A DNA stretch of 32,000 nt from Candidatus Lokiarchaeum ossiferum (GCA_025839675.1 CP104013.1:1770001-1802000), one strand, 5' to 3'. Positions 8,014 through 16,886 are shown, numbered from the stretch's first letter. Numbers and translations: made by a program. Notes: generated by a model not told the origin, from the sequence alone.

Positions 8014-9003
8014 TTGATCTTAGCAGTTCCATGGGCGTCTGGGGGATTTTTCTTTATTATTTGGACAGGTTTCTTTTTAGGGGTTTTACATACAATTATG
8101 CCCTGTGAAGATAAGTTTGTATTTTGTTTCTATGCTTTTGGAGTTGCCAGAGATTGGAAACAAGCATTTCGCATAGTAAATTTTTATGGAGCGGGACTGT
8201 TTATAATGAATTTAATATTGGGAACCATCATTACATGGTTTTCAAAAATTCTTGTTGAAACTTTTTCGAATATAGAACCTGCAATTTGGAATTACTTGGT
8301 GGCATTCAGTTTAACGTTAAGTGGAATCATTATGATGTATCAAATTCGAAAGAAAACTTATTGGCCTCATTCCGATCAATTCCAAGAATTAACTGAAAGT
8401 ATTAGTACCTTAAGAGCCAAAAAAAGAACAGCATTGTTATTGGGATTATTAGCAGGTATTCCACCATGCATCTTTGAATTAGGTGTCTATTTTGAAGCAG
8501 CTTTCTTAGCTGGAAATTATGGATGGGGAAATGGAGTATGGATTATCTTTTTCTTTGGAATTGGGACATGGTTAGGGTTATATCCACTGGTTTTCATAGG
8601 AACAATGAGTGGAAAATTGTCAAAATCAATGAAAAGCTCATCTATTCAACGATTGCAGCAAAAAATTAAAAATAAGATTCGAAGACAAAAAAAAGTCGTT
8701 GATGAAGAACCTGAAGATATTCTTGAAAAAGATGAAATATCAAGTTACTCAAAGTTAGAATATTTCAGTGCTTGGAGCTTAATTGGTATTGGGGGAGTTT
8801 TTCTGCTTTTTGGAATTTTCAAGGTGGAATTAGTACCCGCTGAAGATGTAACCCATGTTCCATGGCCTTTTAATGATGATACTTTGAATATTTTCTGGAT
8901 TATTTTTTTCTCCCTTATAGGATTGATCATCGTGTTAATTTTTCTAACCCTATGGTCCAAAAATAAAAAATATGTCAAAAGTATTGAAACTAATAACAAA
9001 TGA
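8014..9003 (+). CDS. Polytopic membrane protein, function unknown (paired transmembrane Pro-Cys motifs)
   Basis: TTG start at 8014 preceded by GGAG at 8000-8003 (10-nt spacer). At least six hydrophobic helices. Motifs LHTIMPCEDK and GIPPCIFELG. K/R/E-rich loop (QQKIKNKIRRQKKVVDEEPED). No confident family assignment. Confidence 0.6.
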   Translation: MILAVPWASGGFFFIIWTGFFLGVLHTIMPCEDKFVFCFYAFGVARDWKQAFRIVNFYGAGLFIMNLILGTIITWFSKILVETFSNIEPAIWNYLVAFSLTLSGIIMMYQIRKKTYWPHSDQFQELTESISTLRAKKRTALLLGLLAGIPPCIFELGVYFEAAFLAGNYGWGNGVWIIFFFGIGTWLGLYPLVFIGTMSGKLSKSMKSSSIQRLQQKIKNKIRRQKKVVDEEPEDILEKDEISSYSKLEYFSAWSLIGIGGVFLLFGIFKVELVPAEDVTHVPWPFNDDTLNIFWIIFFSLIGLIIVLIFLTLWSKNKKYVKSIETNNK

Positions 9004-9109
9004 GGATTCTACCAATTTTTTTTTATTTTATTCCAATATTGAGTCTATCGCAATTCCTATGACAAAAATTTTAACCCTAAGGATGCTAAATTAAATTAGG
9101 TGTTATATC

Positions 9110-9832
9110 TTGGGAATTCGTGAAATTGAAGATCGAGCAAAAATGCGGGATTTGATGAAAAAAAAAGCCGCAGAATTGAGAATGCATCGTTTAGCAACTC
9201 AAACGGCAACAACGAAGATGACTAAAGAAAAACTCGCAGAAATCGCCAAAAAACATGGTGTAATTGTTGCGTTAGATCCTGAGATGAAGGAAATCATCGA
9301 AGAAATTCGGAAAAAATATAATATTCCAAAAGAACGAATTATTCGGGAAGAAATTACTGAAGAATCTGTTTTGAAAAAGGGCAAAAAAGTTGACATTAAA
9401 AAATTAGCGATGCTGTCCTATCAACGTGTAATGTTGGAAAAACAAGAAACAGGAGGATTATTGACTCTACCTGATGTTTTTGACATGATTAATACGGGAA
9501 GTCTTAAAAATAGAATCACCATGGATGATACAGAAAAAGCAGTAAAAATATTGAAGAAAGATAAGGTGATCCCTGAAATTAAAAAACTCCCAAGTGGAAT
9601 ACTAGCTATTTCATTTTTCCCTGTTCAATATACAAAGGATCAGACTTCAATCTTAGAACTAGTCACAGAAGATGGAGTTATCACCACAGGGGATGTTTGT
9701 AAGGCACTTAATTGGACAGTTGAAAGAGCAGAACGCGCTTTGCAAAATTTGGTTGACACTCGAGTAGCTCGAATTACCGAAACTTTTAGAACTGGAAAGA
9801 AATATTTCTTCCCAAGTTTGAAAACGAAATAA
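9110..9832 (+). CDS. ESCRT-II subunit, Vps22/Vps36-like (EAP30 domain, tandem winged helix)
   Basis: TTG start with AGGTG at 9098-9102 (7-nt spacer). It aligns by eye with human SNF8/EAP30: TGGLLTLPDVF vs NGGLITLEEL; KALNWTVERAERALQNLV vs ASLKWETERARQVLEHLL; KKYFFPSL vs AHYWLPAL. The N-terminal basic helix KKKAAELRMHRL resembles SNF8 KKKLAEAKYKER. Confidence 0.85.
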   Translation: MGIREIEDRAKMRDLMKKKAAELRMHRLATQTATTKMTKEKLAEIAKKHGVIVALDPEMKEIIEEIRKKYNIPKERIIREEITEESVLKKGKKVDIKKLAMLSYQRVMLEKQETGGLLTLPDVFDMINTGSLKNRITMDDTEKAVKILKKDKVIPEIKKLPSGILAISFFPVQYTKDQTSILELVTEDGVITTGDVCKALNWTVERAERALQNLVDTRVARITETFRTGKKYFFPSLKTK

Positions 9833-9867
9833 AAAAAAGACATTATTACAAACTTCTTGAGATTTTT

Positions 9868-10749
9868 TTAAACAATTTTAAATTTTATTCCAAATTGGTT
9901 ATCGTCAAGTTCGACCACAGTTCCTTTATGGTTTTGCTCAATTTTACCAAAAATAATCTTAAGATCTTCTTCTGGTAAGTTGGAAAATTCTGTTTCTGAA
10001 TTGCGAATATCTGGAACCATAACCATATCAAAAATTGCATTATTTTTTGCCCAATCTTCGATTAAAGTGGTCCACTCTTCAATAGATTTCCAATAGACTC
10101 GAAGTTCTTCTTTTTTCTTTGGTTTATCGCCAACCCACTTTGCTAAATCTTTATCTATTAGAGCTTCCGCTAGGATAGAAATGGCTTTCTTTCTATCAAT
10201 GAATTTATTAAAGGGTTTTTCGGTTAATAAGCGTTTAGGATAAATGATATGGATAAGTCCAACATGAGCATAATCAAGTAATACTTGTGACCACTCTTCT
10301 CGCCATGATTCAAAATCCTGCTTGTTTTTCTTCTTATTAGGTGTTGAATACATAAATCCATATTGAGGTGCTTCAATCCAATCATGTATTTCTAACAATT
10401 TTTCATAAGGAGATTTAACCTTCACCTTTGCTTCTACCGCAACTTCTTGTTCAAGAGCAGCCATTTCGGCTGCAATTGAAGCATCATTGGTGGAAACTTC
10501 TAAAAGAATTTCTCCTTTGGTAGCCCCTTTAATCCCCTGTTGAATGGAAGATTCTAAATCATCAAGACCATCCACTTCAGAACCAGAATCTATTGATTCA
10601 GATTCTAAAGAATTCAATTGTGATTGAAGAGCTTCTAATTTCTGAAGTTTTTCGAGTTTAGCTAATTTCTCTTTCTTTTTTTTTTCTTCATTTATAGATT
10701 TAGATTTCTGTGATGCCTTCGGGCGTTGTTGTTCCGCGATATTTATCAC
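9868..10749 (-). CDS. vps25: ESCRT-II subunit Vps25-like with ~115-aa N-terminal coiled-coil/acidic extension
   Basis: The C-terminal ~175 aa align by eye with eukaryotic Vps25: [22 protein letters not shown] vs LIMWRRPEEWGKLIYQWVSRSG; [23 protein letters not shown] vs EFHGLDEATLLRALQALQQEHKA; the terminal GIKFK vs GVKFF. The GTG start overlaps the vps4 stop (GTGA at 10746-10749). Confidence 0.8.
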   Translation of the reverse strand: MINIAEQQRPKASQKSKSINEEKKKKEKLAKLEKLQKLEALQSQLNSLESESIDSGSEVDGLDDLESSIQQGIKGATKGEILLEVSTNDASIAAEMAALEQEVAVEAKVKVKSPYEKLLEIHDWIEAPQYGFMYSTPNKKKNKQDFESWREEWSQVLLDYAHVGLIHIIYPKRLLTEKPFNKFIDRKKAISILAEALIDKDLAKWVGDKPKKKEELRVYWKSIEEWTTLIEDWAKNNAIFDMVMVPDIRNSETEFSNLPEEDLKIIFGKIEQNHKGTVVELDDNQFGIKFKIV

Positions 10750-11963
10750 CCTCCGAATTCTTCAGTCCATTCTGCAAATTTTTGGAGCTCTTCTTCTGAC
10801 ACAACCGGTTTTATCTTTTGAATTACATTCAAGAAATCCTGTTGAGAAATGGGGCGAACTTTTAGCGAATCATCCCCTTCACCTAATTGACCTGCTACAT
10901 CTAATTCTCGAACAGGTAACATTACGACTTCACGGCATATGGTGGCGATATCTGATCCAGAATAGGTATCAGTTAATTCTCCTAAAGCATCGAAATCTAC
11001 TGTTTCATCCATTTCAATTTCTTTGGTGCATAATTGGAAAATTTTTGCTCGTCCTTCTTGCGTTGGAGGACCTACATAGATTTTTTTTTCAAATCGACGT
11101 AATACAGCACTATCAATAGACCAAGGAAGGTTCGTTGCCGCCATAAGGGTAACAATTTTATCTCCCGTACTTTTTACCCCTTGCATTTCTTGTAATATCT
11201 GGGTTTTCAAACGTCGTTCTCCGCCCCCTTCATTACCAGTTCCCCGTTTTCCTGCAATACTATCAATTTCATCCATGAAAATTAAGGAAGGAGCGTCCAA
11301 ACGAGCAACTTTAAAAAGCGTTTTTAATAGTTTTTCCGATTCCCCTAACCACTTGCTTACTAAGCTAGCCGAATCTGCAGCAAAAAATTGAACACCACAT
11401 TCATTCGCCGCGGCTTTTGCCAATAATGTTTTTCCACATCCGGGTGGACCAAATAATAATATCCCACGCCAAGGTTTTCGAGCACCCCTAAACAATTCAG
11501 GATGTGCCATTGGTAATACAACCGCTTCTCGGATCGCCTGTTTTGGATCCTCCATACCAGCCACATCACCCCAAGTCACTGTGGGTCTCTCAGTAACGAT
11601 TGTTCCTTCAATGGTTTTTCGTAATTCTTTTTCATCATCAGACATCTCGCTCTCTTCTTCTGAATCTTCAGAATCATCTTTTTTAGAATGATGACTATCT
11701 TTCTTTGGAGATCTGCCAGTGGGAACTTTTTCCTTCTTTTTGCGGTTAGTTAACTGATCCGCACGTTTAAAATATTGTAAGGCTTTTTCTTGTGCAAGAG
11801 CTTTAAGTTTAGAATTTTTACAAAATTTAGCGAAATCATTCAACGTTTCGCTGGCTTGCAAATATTTATCTGCAGCTGCATCATATTGTTTGCCTTGATC
11901 AAGCTGAATTGCTTCATTCGCAAGCTTAATAGCGGCATTGAAAATTGCGTTATCATTAGCCAT
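10746..11963 (-). CDS. vps4: Vps4-type AAA+ ATPase (N-terminal MIT domain + single AAA cassette)
   Basis: MIT-like helices: [31 protein letters not shown]. Walker A GPPGCGKT at nt 11430-11450. Walker [12 protein letters not shown] region [16 protein letters not shown]. Start chosen at ATG 11963, which has GGAG at 11973-11976 and a TATA-like ATATATAC at ~12003-12010 upstream. The longest ORF extends to a TTG at 12062. Confidence 0.9.
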   Translation of the reverse strand: MANDNAIFNAAIKLANEAIQLDQGKQYDAAADKYLQASETLNDFAKFCKNSKLKALAQEKALQYFKRADQLTNRKKKEKVPTGRSPKKDSHHSKKDDSEDSEEESEMSDDEKELRKTIEGTIVTERPTVTWGDVAGMEDPKQAIREAVVLPMAHPELFRGARKPWRGILLFGPPGCGKTLLAKAAANECGVQFFAADSASLVSKWLGESEKLLKTLFKVARLDAPSLIFMDEIDSIAGKRGTGNEGGGERRLKTQILQEMQGVKSTGDKIVTLMAATNLPWSIDSAVLRRFEKKIYVGPPTQEGRAKIFQLCTKEIEMDETVDFDALGELTDTYSGSDIATICREVVMLPVRELDVAGQLGEGDDSLKVRPISQQDFLNVIQKIKPVVSEEELQKFAEWTEEFGG

Positions 11964-12180
11964 GGGTTTAAACTCCAAGGGATCATTAGGATCCATTTCT
12001 TGGTATATATGTGTTATAGTTTTTTTAGTCTTTAAAATGCTTTTTAGTCTTATGATCTCCAATTTTTAGCATTCTGATTTCCATCCATTATATCAAGAAT
12101 CGGGTTATAATTTGAAAAGTTACTTTTTTCTCGGTAAAAGGGTATAAAATTCTTTTAAGGGATAAATTCCGACCAAAATT

Positions 12181-12873
12181 ATGAAGTATTTTTTAGATTC
12201 AGCGAAAATTGATGAAATAAAGTATGCCTATGAAAACTGGGGTATTGATGGAGTCACCAGTAATCCGAAACACATCCAAAATTCGGGAAAACCTTTTTTC
12301 ACAGTTGTAAAGGAATTAGCCGAATTTGCCAAAGAAGTAAGAGTTCAACAAGAAGATTTTTCAATTTCAGTTGAAATTAATCCACATTTGGAAAAAGCGG
12401 AAGAAATGATTGAGGAAGCGCAAAAGATTTTCAACATTTGTCCAGAAACCTTTGCAATAAAAATTCCTTGTAATGAACAAGGATTAATTGCTGCAAAAAA
12501 ACTTACAGAAGCGGAGGTAAGAGTTAATGTCACGTTAGTATTTTCAGCATCCCAAGCGTTACAAGTAGGAAGAATCGGAGCAGCCTTTTGCTCTCCCTTC
12601 ATAGGTTGGCAAGAATCTGCAGGAGTGGATTGTGAAGATTTCATGGAAAGAATTGTTCAAATGTATAATAATTTTGGCATCCAAACAGAAATCATTACCG
12701 CAGCAGTTAGAAATGGTAAACAAATTTCGGATGCTGCTTGTTTAGGTGCAGATATTGTCACCGCGGGTTTTGCTGTATATCAAACAAGTTTCGAACATCC
12801 CTTTACCAATAAGGGGCTAAAGATTTTCCAAGATTCGTGGGATGCAACGGAAATAGGTAAATTTGAAGATTGA
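12181..12873 (+). CDS. Transaldolase / fructose-6-phosphate aldolase family (short class, TalC/FSA type)
   Basis: N-terminus MKYFLDSAKIDEIK...GVTSNPKH. Schiff-base lysine context FAIKIPCN. The ~230 aa length is typical of the FSA/Tal subfamily. Confidence 0.9.
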   Translation: MKYFLDSAKIDEIKYAYENWGIDGVTSNPKHIQNSGKPFFTVVKELAEFAKEVRVQQEDFSISVEINPHLEKAEEMIEEAQKIFNICPETFAIKIPCNEQGLIAAKKLTEAEVRVNVTLVFSASQALQVGRIGAAFCSPFIGWQESAGVDCEDFMERIVQMYNNFGIQTEIITAAVRNGKQISDAACLGADIVTAGFAVYQTSFEHPFTNKGLKIFQDSWDATEIGKFED

Positions 12874-12893
12874 ATTATAAAATGTGAAGAACA

Positions 12894-13766
12894 ATGACAC
12901 AATTTAAGATAGGGTTTATCGGATTGGGAGTTATGGGAGAATCAATGTGTGAAAATATAATTAAACGAACTTCCCAAACAGTGTTCGTATATGATATACT
13001 TCCTCAACAGGTTAATAAACTCGTACAATTAGGTGCAACAGCGTGCCAAAATATACCACAACTTGCGGATCAGACAAACCTCATATTCATTATGGTCCCA
13101 AATAATGAACATGTCAATTCAGTAATAGATACACTTCTTCCATCTCTTAAAAAGGGAACAATTGTATGCAATATGAGTTCCATTTCTCCAGCAGTTCAAC
13201 AAGATTGTGCTAAAAAAATTGAAGCAGCAGGAAGCATTTCTTTAGAAGCACCCGTCGTAAAGAGTAAGGGGGCTGCAATTAGTGGAACATTAGGTATTTT
13301 AGCCGCCGGAAATGGAGAAGCACTAAAAAAAATTGAACCGATATTGCTTCATATGGGTGAACAAGTCATTGATTATGGAGAACATGGAAAAGCCATGGCA
13401 ATGAAAATTCTCCATAACATGCTAGTTGGTAATATACAAAATGGTGTGAATGAAATGTTTACAATGGCTGAGGCAATTGGCATAGATTTTGATTTAGCGA
13501 TCAAAGGATGTAAAGCAGGAGGGGGACAAAATTTCTACCTCGATGGAAAAGGCCCTTCAATAATTAAACAAGACTATTCACCAAAATTTTCAGTGAAAAA
13601 TATGGCCAAAGATACTAAATTGCATGGCATGTTGGCAAAAGACTTAGGTTTATCTTTACCTGGATCGGATCGAGTGAGACAAGTATATGATGAAGCTTTG
13701 AAATCTTTCCCCACTCAGGATTTTTCAGCGACGTACAAAATAGTTGCCAAGTTGAGCAAATTATAG
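12894..13766 (+). CDS. NAD(P)-dependent beta-hydroxyacid dehydrogenase (3-hydroxyisobutyrate / tartronate semialdehyde reductase family)
   Basis: Rossmann motif KIGFIGLGVMGESM at the N-terminus. Family-typical blocks: MSSISP, EAPV...GTLGILAAG, GKAMAMKILHNML. Confidence 0.85.
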   Translation: MTQFKIGFIGLGVMGESMCENIIKRTSQTVFVYDILPQQVNKLVQLGATACQNIPQLADQTNLIFIMVPNNEHVNSVIDTLLPSLKKGTIVCNMSSISPAVQQDCAKKIEAAGSISLEAPVVKSKGAAISGTLGILAAGNGEALKKIEPILLHMGEQVIDYGEHGKAMAMKILHNMLVGNIQNGVNEMFTMAEAIGIDFDLAIKGCKAGGGQNFYLDGKGPSIIKQDYSPKFSVKNMAKDTKLHGMLAKDLGLSLPGSDRVRQVYDEALKSFPTQDFSATYKIVAKLSKL

Positions 13767-13979
13767 AATTTATTGCCCGACTCACCTTTTTTTTCATATT
13801 CATGTTTATAGTTATAATTTAACCTTAAACTCATTTCATCGAATAATTTTATTATGAACCGCTAAAGTGAAAATATCTGCGGTGACTTTTTCTATAAATT
13901 TTTAATATTGAATTATGCTTTATTTTATTATACATATTTGGGATAAATTTCTCAAGTAAAAATAATTAGAGGGGTATAT

Positions 13980-14243
13980 TTGGAAACCGTATTCAAACAG
14001 AGCTCTTTAGATCATTCAATCTTAATTAAACGAAGAAATCAAATTCAAACCGTGATGAAGCAAGTAGACGGACACTACATCTACAAAGATGGGTTAAATT
14101 TCAATTTCCTATATTCACTTTATTCGCAGAAATTAGAATACCTACTAAATGGAATCGATAAAATCGCAGACAATGAGTTTCAAGAAAAGGTATCCATGTT
14201 AAACCGATCTGTGAAAGAAATACATAAGTATGTTATTAAATAA
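13980..14243 (+). CDS. Hypothetical small protein (87 aa)
   Basis: TTG start preceded by GAGGGG with a 6-nt spacer. T9 run downstream at 14307-14315. No motif recognised. Confidence 0.4.
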   Translation: METVFKQSSLDHSILIKRRNQIQTVMKQVDGHYIYKDGLNFNFLYSLYSQKLEYLLNGIDKIADNEFQEKVSMLNRSVKEIHKYVIK

Positions 14244-14306
14244 TCGATTAATCTCCATTGTTGCAGATGATTATTTCAAATTCAGTATCAATTCTTTTAA
14301 CTTCGG

Positions 14307-14315
14307 TTTTTTTTT
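14307..14315 (+). terminator. Oligo-T tract (archaeal-type termination signal)
   Basis: Run of nine T about 60 nt after the stop of the 87-aa ORF. Confidence 0.35.
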
Positions 14316-14352
14316 CTTCGATTATACTAATCACTTTTTATTTTGTATTGCG

Positions 14353-14364
14353 TTTATATAAATA
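14353..14364 (+). promoter_or_regulatory. TATA-like box upstream of the FKBP gene
   Basis: TTTATATAAATA ends 14 nt before ATG 14379, consistent with a leaderless or very short-leader mRNA. It lies inside the longer TTG-14343 ORF model, which argues against that start. Confidence 0.4.
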
Positions 14365-14378
14365 GCGAAGGGAATTCT

Positions 14379-15026
14379 ATGGGAAAGAGTAAGTTTCAAG
14401 TTAAAGCGCAAGATAGTATAAAAAAAAAAGCGACCAGTCCAAAGGGCCGCGCTCAATATTATGATGAAGACCTTCCTAAGAAGAGCAAATCAAATATTGG
14501 ATTTGGAGTTTTTATAATTCTAATGGTTGTCGTTGCAGGGGGATTTATTGGTAATTCCATTAATCAAGATAATAAAGCAAAAGAAGCAGCCGAACAAGAA
14601 GCTCGTGATTTTTTGAATCCAGGAGTGACGTATTCTCCTTCAAATGATGGAAGTACCACAACTACCACTTCAACACCAGGCTCCGGAATTCAAGTAGGGG
14701 ATGATGTTGAATTAGAGTATACGCTATGGATCGCAACACCTCAAAGCGGAAATGGAGGTGTAATTGATACAAGTAGTCCATATCAAGGACCTGCAACTTT
14801 TCCTACAACAGTTCAAAAGGGAGGGTTAATTAATGGATTCTATTATGCAATCTTAGGAATGGAAGAAGGGGAATCTAAAACATTCGAATTACCAGCGAAT
14901 ATCGATGCTAACGGTGATGGGATAGATGATAATTCAGGATTAGAAGTAGAAAGCTATGGTGCACCTTCCCATGATTTGTACAATACAAAGTTGAAATTCA
15001 CTGTCAGAGTTATCTCAATAAGTTAA
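14379..15026 (+). CDS. Membrane-anchored FKBP-type peptidyl-prolyl cis-trans isomerase
   Basis: Basic N-terminus, then TM helix IGFGVFIILMVVVAGGFIG and a Thr-rich linker (TTTTSTPGSG). FKBP core: GDDVELEYTLW...IDTS...F...GGLINGFYYAILGMEEGESKTFELPA...YG. Confidence 0.7.
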   Translation: MGKSKFQVKAQDSIKKKATSPKGRAQYYDEDLPKKSKSNIGFGVFIILMVVVAGGFIGNSINQDNKAKEAAEQEARDFLNPGVTYSPSNDGSTTTTTSTPGSGIQVGDDVELEYTLWIATPQSGNGGVIDTSSPYQGPATFPTTVQKGGLINGFYYAILGMEEGESKTFELPANIDANGDGIDDNSGLEVESYGAPSHDLYNTKLKFTVRVISIS

Positions 15027-15638
15027 CCCAAGTAACTCTTTTTTTTACTAAATTTTAGCCTTCCTAATTTGCCTGCATGATTTTCACGTAGAAAACATCC
15101 TATCTGCAATTCCATAAAAGGGATAAATTCGCATACACAAATCTTATGGCATATTGGTAATTAAGAGATTACTAAGCAATGCAATTGTTTGGATTAAAAA
15201 ATAAAAAACTTCAAAAGAAAAATTTTTGAACAAGGTCGATTTCTTTTTGAGAAAGACTAATTTAAAAAAAAAGTCCGTTAAATATTAATTCGATAAATCT
15301 TTTTAAAAAAAGGAAATAATTGAGAACTATCTGTTCCCGATTCGAAAAAGACTTGATTTCGAGAAGTTAATATTAAACACAACCATGGCTTTGTCTATAA
15401 AATAAATGAACATTTTTAATCATTTTTTATCAAGAACTCCATTTCAATAAATATAATATGTAGAAATCATAGATCATACACTTTTTTTAATCAAATCTAT
15501 ACATTATCTTTTTATTGGATGTCCACAATATTACTATTAACTTATTGTTATTTGATCAAATATTTGTTTAATTAAAGAAGATTGATTTGATGGACCAAAT
15601 AATATACAAGAGTCTAGAAATCCGAAATCTCTTACAAA

Positions 15639-16886
15639 ATGGTGAACTCTATGACAGAATCTAATGTAATTCAACCAGATAACGCTCAATTAAGCACGAA
15701 AAATAGGATAAAACCATCCCCTCGTGTTAATATGGCACATTTAGCTAAAGATATGGGCATTTATCCATATTTTATCCCTAATTATGGTCAAATTGGACCT
15801 CGTACCATAATTAATGGTAAAGAAACTATCATGCTTGGAAGCAATAACTACATGGGACTCGCAAATCATCCTGAAATGATCCGAGTCGCAATGGAAGCCG
15901 TACAAAAATATGGAACGGGATGCACCGGATCTCGCTATCTTAACGGAACTTTAGATCTTCATATAGAATTGGAAGAAAAATTGGCCAAATTTACCGAAAA
16001 GGATGCAGGAATTTGTTTTTCAACAGGTATGCAAGCAAATTTAGGAGTTATCTCGGGATTAGCACAAAAAGGTGATTACATAATCTCCGACGCTAAAAAT
16101 CATGCTTCCATTGTAGATGGTTGCCGATTATCTTATGCTGAAACTAAAGTTTTTGATCATGATAATATGGAAGATTTAGAACGAGTTCTCCGCACTTTAC
16201 CACGGGATGCAAATAAACTTGTCATTTCCGATGGAGTATTTTCGATGGAAGGTAATTTAGCCAACGTTCCTGACCTCTCAGAACTTTCGGAACAATATAA
16301 TGCCCGTTTGATGATAGATGACGCTCATGGAGTAGGGTATTTAGGTAAACATGGTGAAGGAACAGGAGGTTACTATAATATGATGGATAAAATAGACCTT
16401 TTGGTTGGTACTTTTTCTAAATCCTTCGCTTCTATCGGTGGATTTGTGACCGCTCGAGAGGATATCATTGATCACTTACAACATCATGCACGGAGTCTAA
16501 TCTATAGTGCATCTCTCCCCCCTGCATCTGTAGCAGCCGCTTCAAAGGCGATCGATTTATTCTATGAAGGGGATGAAAGACGTGAGCAAGTAATGAAAAA
16601 TGCTAAAATGTTCCGCGATGGTTTAGACGAATTAGGATTTACTACAATTCAAGGAAAAACCCCTGTTGTTCCAATCATTATAGGTGATGTCATGAAAATG
16701 CTCAAATTCAATCACAAATTGATTGAAGCAGGTGTTTATACAAATCCTGTTCCACCACCCGCTGCGGTGAAAGCTATGTTACGAACCAGCATGATTGCTA
16801 CTCATACAGAACAAGATGTCCAAGAAGCCTTAGAAATTTTTGAAAAAGTGGGAAGAAAAACTCGAATTCTTAAAAAGAAAAAATAA
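15639..16886 (+). CDS. PLP-dependent alpha-oxoamine synthase (Kbl / BioF / serine palmitoyltransferase family)
   Basis: GSNNYMGLANHP, TGSRYLNGT, FSTGMQANLG, NHASIVDGC, DDAHGVG. PLP lysine in GTFSKSF (Lys codon 16419-16421). Confidence 0.9.
   Translation: MVNSMTESNVIQPDNAQLSTKNRIKPSPRVNMAHLAKDMGIYPYFIPNYGQIGPRTIINGKETIMLGSNNYMGLANHPEMIRVAMEAVQKYGTGCTGSRYLNGTLDLHIELEEKLAKFTEKDAGICFSTGMQANLGVISGLAQKGDYIISDAKNHASIVDGCRLSYAETKVFDHDNMEDLERVLRTLPRDANKLVISDGVFSMEGNLANVPDLSELSEQYNARLMIDDAHGVGYLGKHGEGTGGYYNMMDKIDLLVGTFSKSFASIGGFVTAREDIIDHLQHHARSLIYSASLPPASVAAASKAIDLFYEGDERREQVMKNAKMFRDGLDELGFTTIQGKTPVVPIIIGDVMKMLKFNHKLIEAGVYTNPVPPPAAVKAMLRTSMIATHTEQDVQEALEIFEKVGRKTRILKKKK

Noticed and set aside
11964-12062. 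N-terminal 33-codon extension of vps4 from TTG 12062
   Set aside because: The extension precedes the MIT domain, starts at TTG without an SD, and contains the TATA-like ATATATAC and GGAG that fit ATG 11963 as the start. It is kept as an alternative model only.
14895-14950. EF-hand in the FKBP insertion (DANGDGIDDNSG)
   Set aside because: It does not satisfy the canonical 12-residue EF-hand loop: the hydrophobic residue at position 8 and the Glu/Asp at position 12 are missing. I reported it only as a generic DxNxDG-type acidic loop.
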